DNA of 64,000 nt. Source: Candidatus Melainabacteria bacterium. Its GTDB lineage: Bacteria > Cyanobacteriota > Vampirovibrionia > Vampirovibrionales > Vampirovibrionaceae. Every line of letters starts with the position of its first letter. Position 1 is the first letter of the stretch. Under the pieces are notes generated by a model that saw only the letters and a program-made list of their open reading frames with translations, ran no database searches and was not told where the DNA came from. The stretch is from positions 1,202-65,201 of the forward strand of contig CABHPA010000167.1 of NCBI GenBank assembly GCA_902168245.1, written 5' to 3'. Below are positions 58,863-64,000 of this stretch, piece by piece. Position numbers and translations under genes: made by a program.

Positions 58863-59357
58863 ATGAGCATGCAGACCACCATGGACAGAGCCACCGAAAA
58901 CAGACCGACTGAACTGAACCCGCAAACCCAGCCTGCCGTGCAACTGAAACGGCAAGTGACCGTGAAAACCAAGGTAACCGATGCGTTCCGAGATCGCGCC
59001 AAAAGCGAGCTGGATAACGAGCTGAAGCTGATTGACACCCAGTTGCAACAACTGGAAGCCCAGTACCAGTATTCCCTGCAACAACTGGAAAAAGTGGCCC
59101 AGCAAGGCCAAAACGTGCAGCAGCAACTGCAACAGCTCAACCAGGAAGCCCAGCAAAAGCGCAGCCAGCTTGCCTCCCTTAAAATGCAGGTCTCTTCCGA
59201 ACTGGGCAATCTGGATAAAATTGAAAACGGCCAGTACATTGTTACCGGCATGCTGGAAAACACCGTGGAAATCCGGGTGGGCGAGAACATTTACGATAAG
59301 CTCCAAAATGCCGAAATCCTGGTGGAAGATGGCGTTGTAACCAGCATTAGCCAGTAG
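58863..59357 (+). CDS. ylqD: YlqD-family protein (coiled-coil, Gln-rich)
   Basis: position immediately upstream of rimM-trmD as in ylqD-rimM-trmD operons; coiled-coil Q-rich composition. Confidence 0.6.
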   Translation: MSMQTTMDRATENRPTELNPQTQPAVQLKRQVTVKTKVTDAFRDRAKSELDNELKLIDTQLQQLEAQYQYSLQQLEKVAQQGQNVQQQLQQLNQEAQQKRSQLASLKMQVSSELGNLDKIENGQYIVTGMLENTVEIRVGENIYDKLQNAEILVEDGVVTSISQ

Positions 59358-59921
59358 ATGAGCCAGCAGCAGGTCAGGATCGGAAAAATAGTCGGTTGCC
59401 ACGGAGTTCGGGGCGATGTGAAGGTGCGCCCAAGTTCGGAAGAAGCCAGCTGGGTTGGCACCCTGGACAAACTGCTCCTGAAAAACCCCAAGACCGGCGA
59501 GGAGAAAACGGTCGCCATCCAAAGCGCCCGACTCCAGGGGCCATTGGTCATCCTGCGCTTTGAAGGGTTGGACAATCGCAACTTTGTGGAGCCGCTGGTC
59601 GGTTCCGTATTGCTGGCGGAACTGGCGGATTTGCCGGAACCGGACGAGGACGAGTTCTGGGCGGACGACCTGATTGGCCTGACGGTCGTGGATGCCGAAA
59701 CCGGGCGCAAGCGGGGCGTGGTCAAAGACCTGCTCTCTTCCGGCGGGTCAGATTTTCTGGAAATCCAGTTGGAAGACTCGGATCAAACCGTAGTGATCCC
59801 GTTTATCGACAAATTTTTCCCCGAAGTCTGTCTGGAAAACAAGACCATCTCGATCGATCTGCTTGGCGATTTTCTGGCCATGTCCTCGGAGCCGGTCACT
59901 GCGGATCGGCTGGAGCAGTAA
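59358..59921 (+). CDS. rimM: ribosome maturation factor RimM
   Basis: IGKIVGCHGVRGDVKV N-terminal beta-barrel and PRC domain. Confidence 0.85.
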   Translation: MSQQQVRIGKIVGCHGVRGDVKVRPSSEEASWVGTLDKLLLKNPKTGEEKTVAIQSARLQGPLVILRFEGLDNRNFVEPLVGSVLLAELADLPEPDEDEFWADDLIGLTVVDAETGRKRGVVKDLLSSGGSDFLEIQLEDSDQTVVIPFIDKFFPEVCLENKTISIDLLGDFLAMSSEPVTADRLEQ

Positions 59922-59973
59922 ACCGGGTTATTTCCAACTGAACGACCTCTTCTTTCCCAATGATGTGATTCGC

Positions 59974-60651
59974 ATGCAATTCAGTATCCTCACCCTGTTT
60001 CCGGAAATCATTGACGCCTACGCTTCGGCCAGCATTATGGGCCGGGCGCGTAAAAATGGCGTGATTGACGTGCAGGCGATCAACATTCGGGACTTTACGA
60101 CCGATCCGCACAAAAAGGTGGATGATTCCCCGTTTGGGGGTGGCAGTGGGATGGTGCTGGCCTGTCAGCCGGTGGAAAGCGCCTTTGAAAGCCTGCTTCC
60201 CCTGCAAGAACCCGCCAGAGTCCTAATTACCACTCCCGCAGGGCGCAAGTTCGATCATCCATTCGCGCTGGAATTATCGCAATGTAAACAGTTGGTCATA
60301 CTCTGCGGGCATTACGAAGGCTTTGATGAGCGCATTATGCAACTGATTCCGGGCATAGAAGAAGTCTCCATAGGGGATTTCGTCCTTACCGGCGGAGAAT
60401 TGCCCGCCCTGTGCATGATGGACGCTATCACCCGCCTGTTGCCCGGCGCGGTGCAAAAGTTTTCCTCGGTAGAGGCGGATTCTTTCTATGACGGCTTGCT
60501 GGACTACCCCCATTACACCCGTCCAGCCGAATACAAAGGGCTAAGGGCGCCGGATGTGCTGCTAAGCGGCAACCATGCGGAAATCGCCAAATGGCGCAAA
60601 GCGCAGGCGCTTCAGAAAACCAAACTGGCTCGGCCGGATCTTCTGGAATAA
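59974..60651 (+). CDS. trmD: tRNA (guanine37-N1)-methyltransferase
   Basis: MQFSILTLFPE.., SPFGGGSGMV, SIGDFVLTGGELPA SPOUT motifs. Confidence 0.9.
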   Translation: MQFSILTLFPEIIDAYASASIMGRARKNGVIDVQAINIRDFTTDPHKKVDDSPFGGGSGMVLACQPVESAFESLLPLQEPARVLITTPAGRKFDHPFALELSQCKQLVILCGHYEGFDERIMQLIPGIEEVSIGDFVLTGGELPALCMMDAITRLLPGAVQKFSSVEADSFYDGLLDYPHYTRPAEYKGLRAPDVLLSGNHAEIAKWRKAQALQKTKLARPDLLE

Positions 60652-60762
60652 CCACTATTCAACATAAACACAAGGCGCTAGCATCAAATCCTTAAAACTT
60701 GTTTTTATAAATTTGTAAGTGTTTCAATAGTTCAAATTAGTGTTTCGGAATGGAATAGGGTT

Positions 60763-60990
60763 ATGGGGGATTCACATATGACAACGACTGCTGTTAATGG
60801 ACAATCAACGCAAAGACATCACGTGCAAGGCCAGCACCATGGCAAAAAGAAGATTGATGGCCAGCAGAACCAGCCGCAAACTTTGCTGAGCTACAGCGAA
60901 AAACCGCAACACGCGGTCAAGCCGTTCCAGTCTGATTATGACAACCAACAAAACCAACCATACGGCAGATCACTAAGCTATTTTGGCTAA
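60763..60990 (+). CDS. hypothetical Gln/His-rich small protein (75 aa)
   Basis: ORF between trmD and a bidirectional terminator; low complexity. Confidence 0.25.
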   Translation: MGDSHMTTTAVNGQSTQRHHVQGQHHGKKKIDGQQNQPQTLLSYSEKPQHAVKPFQSDYDNQQNQPYGRSLSYFG

Positions 60991-61020
60991 TTTGCCGACC
61001 GTTCAAGAATTAAAAAATCC

Positions 61021-61051
61021 AGACCCCGCTCCCATTCAGGAGTCGGGGTCT
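61021..61051. terminator. bidirectional intrinsic terminator (clpB-flbD on minus; small ORF on plus)
   Basis: AGACCCCG..CGGGGTCT hairpin; minus-strand reading followed by GGATTTTTTAA; overlaps last 5 codons of flbD. Confidence 0.55.
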
Positions 61052-61254
61052 CGACTTTTAATGGCGGGCAATTCGCAGGCGATGCGCCGCTTCAGGGCCA
61101 CAAAGCGATCAATCAGCTCATGCGGGCTTTCCCGCACAATCAGCTTTTCCCCGTTGGTCAGGGTAATCACCGTGTCCGGCGTGGCTTCCAGGGTCAGGAT
61201 CATATCCGGGTTCAGAAAATAAATGGCCCCGTTCAGGCGAGTCACTTCAATCAT
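61036..61254 (-). CDS. flbD: flagellar protein FlbD
   Basis: MIEVTRLNGAIYFLNPDMILTLEATPDTVITLTNGEKLIVRES matches FlbD family; start codon abuts clpB stop. Confidence 0.8.
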   Translation of the reverse strand: MIEVTRLNGAIYFLNPDMILTLEATPDTVITLTNGEKLIVRESPHELIDRFVALKRRIACELPAIKSRDPDS

Positions 61255-63954
61255 CTAGGAACCGGCCTTTACGCGTTGAGAAGCAGACTCCTGAGGTGAA
61301 GCCGGTTCCGGCGCGTGGTTGAATTTGAGTTGATCGGGTTGTGAGGAATCCAGTTCCACCTGAATGGCGTCCCCGTCCCGAAAGCCGCCTTTCAGGATCG
61401 CATTCGCCAGCGGGTTTTCAATGTACTTGCGAATCACCCGCTTCAGCGGCCGCGCGCCATAGACCGGGTCGTAACCCAGGTTGCCCAGCATTTCCTTGGC
61501 GTCATCGCTTAATTCAATGGTGATGTTGCGTTCACCCAGCATTTTACGCAGGCGACCCAGTTGAATATCCACAATCTGACGCAAATCCTCCGGCCTCAAG
61601 GCTTCAAAGAACACGATGTCATCCAGCCGGTTAATAAATTCGGGGCGGAAACTGGCCCGCACCTCCTCCATTACCCGCTCCCGTAACGACTCGTCGCTTT
61701 CCGCCGCCTGCCCCAAGCTTCCTTTCAGGCGGGCTTCCAGAATGATGGGGCTGCCGATATTGCTGGTAAGGATAATCACCGTGTTGCGAAAATCCACAGT
61801 GCGCCCCTTGGCGTCCGTCAGGCGGCCATCGTCCATCACTTGCAGCAGCACGTTAAATACGTCGGGGTGGGCTTTTTCCACCTCGTCAAACAGCACCACG
61901 CTGTAAGGCTTACGCCGTACCGCTTCAGTTAGCTGACCGCCTTCCTCGTAACCCACGTAGCCGGGCGGTGCGCCAATTAAGCGGGCCACAGCATGTTTTT
62001 CCATGTATTCGCTCATGTCAATACGTACCACGGCGTTTTCATCGTTGAACAAATACTCGGCCAGCGCCTTGGTGAGTTCGGTTTTGCCCACCCCGGTCGG
62101 CCCCAGGAACATGAAACAGCCCACCGGCCGGTTGGGGTCCTTCAGCCCGGCGCGCGCGCGGCGAACCGCCTCGGAAACCACTTCCACCGCCAGAGACTGA
62201 CCGACTACCCGCCGGTGCAAAAATTCTTCCATGCGTAGCAGCTTGTCGATTTCGCTTTCCACCAACTTGGTGACCGGGATACCCGTCCACCGGCTGATCA
62301 CTTCGGCGATATCCGCCTCATCGATTTCTTCCTGAAGCAGCACCCGGCCTTCTTCTTTTTCGCCTTTTCCTCGTTCCCCACCCAGCTTGGATTCCTCCTC
62401 CTTGAGCTGCCGTTGCAGTTCCGGCAGGCGGCCATATTTCAGTTCGGCGGCTTTCGCCAAATCGGTATCCCGCTCGGCCTGCTCGATTTCCACTTTAATT
62501 TTTTCAATTTCCTCTTTAATCCGCTGCACCACATGGATTTCTTCTTTTTCCCGTTTCCAGCGGGTTTCCAGTTCCTCTTTCTGGCGGCGCAAATCGGCGA
62601 TTTCGGTTTCCAGCTTTTTCAGCCGCTCGCGGGAAGCCTCGTCATCCTCTTTTTTCAACGCTTCCTGCTCAATTTCCAGCTGCATCAACTGGCGGCTGAT
62701 CTCGTCCAGTTCCTGGGGCATGCTGTCAATTTCCATGCGGATTTTGGAGGCCGCTTCATCAATCAGGTCAATGGCCTTGTCCGGCAGGAAGCGATCGGCG
62801 ATATAGCGATGCGACAGCGTGGCGGCAGCCACAATGGCGGAATCCTTGATGCGCACCCCATGATGCACTTCGTAACGTTCTTTCAGCCCCCGCAAAATGC
62901 TGATGGTTTCCTCCACGGAAGGTTCGTTCACCAGCACCGGCTGAAACCGGCGCTCCAGGGCGGCGTCTTTCTCGATGTACTTGCGGTATTCATTCAGGGT
63001 GGTAGCCCCAATGCAGTGCAGTTCCCCACGGGCCAGCAGGGGCTTGAGCAGGTTGCTGGCGTCCATGGCCCCTTCGGTGGCCCCGGCGCCCACCACGGTA
63101 TGCAATTCATCAATAAATAAAATAATCTCGCCCTCGGCGGATTGCACTTCCTTCAGCACCGCTTTCAGGCGCTCCTCAAACTCGCCCCGGAACTTGGCCC
63201 CGGCAATTAAAGCGCCCATATCCAAGGCAATCAGCTTGCGGTTTTTCAGGCTTTCCGGCACGTCCCCATTGATAATCCGCAGGGCCAGCCCTTCCACGAT
63301 GGCGGTTTTACCCACTCCCGGCTCGCCAATCAGCACCGGGTTGTTCTTGGTGCGGCGGCTCAGTACCTGAATCACCCGGCGGATTTCCTCCTGTCTGCCA
63401 ATGACAGGATCCAGTTTGCCGGTGCGGGCCACTTCGGTCAGATCGCGCCCGTATTTCTCCAACGCCTGGTAGTTGTCCTCGGCGTTCTGGCTATCCACTT
63501 TTTTCCCTCCGCGAATCTCTTTCAGGATGGCGTAAATATTGTTTTTGGTGAGGTTCTGGCGACGCAAAATCTCGGAAGCGTCGCCGCCTGATTCCAACAG
63601 GGCCAGCAAAATATGTTCGGTGCTGATGTACTGGTCTTTCAGGCGTTCGGCCTCGGTTCCGGCCTCGTCAATCAGTTTTTTCAGGCGGGGGGTAATGTAC
63701 ACCTGCCCCGATTCCAGCGAGGACACCGTGGCCCGTTGCCGCTTGGCCAGCGCCGTTTCCAAATCGCCGCGAACTGTTCGGGTATTAATGTCCAGCTTGA
63801 CGAACATTTTGGCCACCAGACCCTTTTCGTTTTCCAGCATGGCCAGCAATAAATGCTCGTTATCCAGTTGGTTCTGCTCGTAACGCTTCAGGATGGTCTG
63901 GGCGTCAACAAAGGCGTCCTGGGCCTGGGTGGTTAAACGGTTCAAATCAATCAT
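61255..63954 (-). CDS. clpB: ATP-dependent chaperone ClpB
   Basis: two Clp_N repeats, two AAA+ modules ([16 protein letters not shown]), long coiled-coil M-domain. Confidence 0.95.
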   Translation of the reverse strand: MIDLNRLTTQAQDAFVDAQTILKRYEQNQLDNEHLLLAMLENEKGLVAKMFVKLDINTRTVRGDLETALAKRQRATVSSLESGQVYITPRLKKLIDEAGTEAERLKDQYISTEHILLALLESGGDASEILRRQNLTKNNIYAILKEIRGGKKVDSQNAEDNYQALEKYGRDLTEVARTGKLDPVIGRQEEIRRVIQVLSRRTKNNPVLIGEPGVGKTAIVEGLALRIINGDVPESLKNRKLIALDMGALIAGAKFRGEFEERLKAVLKEVQSAEGEIILFIDELHTVVGAGATEGAMDASNLLKPLLARGELHCIGATTLNEYRKYIEKDAALERRFQPVLVNEPSVEETISILRGLKERYEVHHGVRIKDSAIVAAATLSHRYIADRFLPDKAIDLIDEAASKIRMEIDSMPQELDEISRQLMQLEIEQEALKKEDDEASRERLKKLETEIADLRRQKEELETRWKREKEEIHVVQRIKEEIEKIKVEIEQAERDTDLAKAAELKYGRLPELQRQLKEEESKLGGERGKGEKEEGRVLLQEEIDEADIAEVISRWTGIPVTKLVESEIDKLLRMEEFLHRRVVGQSLAVEVVSEAVRRARAGLKDPNRPVGCFMFLGPTGVGKTELTKALAEYLFNDENAVVRIDMSEYMEKHAVARLIGAPPGYVGYEEGGQLTEAVRRKPYSVVLFDEVEKAHPDVFNVLLQVMDDGRLTDAKGRTVDFRNTVIILTSNIGSPIILEARLKGSLGQAAESDESLRERVMEEVRASFRPEFINRLDDIVFFEALRPEDLRQIVDIQLGRLRKMLGERNITIELSDDAKEMLGNLGYDPVYGARPLKRVIRKYIENPLANAILKGGFRDGDAIQVELDSSQPDQLKFNHAPEPASPQESASQRVKAGS

Positions 63955-64000
63955 CGGTGTTTCATCCCCCGTGTTTCAGCCTGCCGGTCGATGAATTCGG

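Noticed and set aside
58748-59522. Minus-strand ORFs overlapping ylqD
   Set aside because: Cys/Ser/Trp-rich antisense translation of the Gln-rich ylqD coding repeat.
62413-63370. Plus-strand ORFs within clpB
   Set aside because: Antisense to ClpB, low-complexity Ser/Phe-rich translation.
1-64000. CRISPR arrays, rRNA genes, integrases/transposases
   Set aside because: No regularly spaced direct repeats, no rRNA-like conserved blocks and no integrase/transposase-like ORFs were seen on either strand.

Overview
This 64 kb window is GC-rich (about 57-58% GC) and comes from a motile bacterium. It is mostly ordinary chromosome. About 60 protein genes are called; no rRNA, tRNA or CRISPR array was found.

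Genes called with reasonable confidence:
- A 3' fragment of a FliA/WhiG-like sigma factor running off the window start.
- An OmpR-type response regulator paired with a HAMP sensor histidine kinase.
- A standalone MnmC/MnmD-like tRNA methyltransferase.
- A YgfZ-family folate-binding protein with a C-terminal TPR extension, immediately upstream of a monothiol glutaredoxin (Grx4).
- An Lrp/AsnC regulator followed by a heme-oxygenase-like putative diiron oxidase.
- A lytic transglycosylase.
- A leucine-catabolism (liu-type) cluster: BirA, HMG-CoA lyase, methylcrotonyl-CoA carboxylase alpha subunit (apparently split or frameshifted), methylglutaconyl-CoA hydratase and the carboxylase beta subunit. 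The cluster is interrupted by an orphan CHASE3 sensor kinase.
- A divergent c-di-GMP pair: a TPR-GAF-HD-GYP protein with a GYH variant motif, and a pseudo-receiver/degenerate-GGDEF protein with an intact I-site.
- A signal peptidase I carrying an N-terminal double Clp_N repeat.
- A bifunctional-nuclease-family protein, XseA and XseB (exodeoxyribonuclease VII large and small subunits), and GlpK.
- A tandem-HTH XRE regulator, a GNAT acetyltransferase and a UmuC-like Y-family DNA polymerase.
- A nucleotide-sugar and glycosyltransferase (surface polysaccharide) locus.
- IlvE.
- Era GTPase.
- PanD.
- YlqD-RimM-TrmD.
- ClpB translationally abutting a solitary FlbD.

Observations worth a second look:
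- A roughly 3 kb low-GC islet with no ORF of 60 aa or more across its first 900 nt, followed by a phage-type ERF single-strand annealing protein and a zinc-ribbon protein.
- Two adjacent signal-peptide proteins with vicinal Cys-Cys pairs. One is an unannotated 40-aa peptide with a strong ribosome-binding site (RBS) and an intrinsic terminator.
- A compositionally chimeric gene with an AT-rich 5' half and a GC-rich wHTH 3' half.
- A C9/G9 homopolymer inside a Pro/Gln-rich gene.
- Several palindromic candidate operator sites, and an identical extended -10 element at two promoters.

Six rho-independent terminators and several sigma70-like promoters are proposed from sequence alone.

Functional calls rest on recognisable motifs in the supplied translations. 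No database search was possible.
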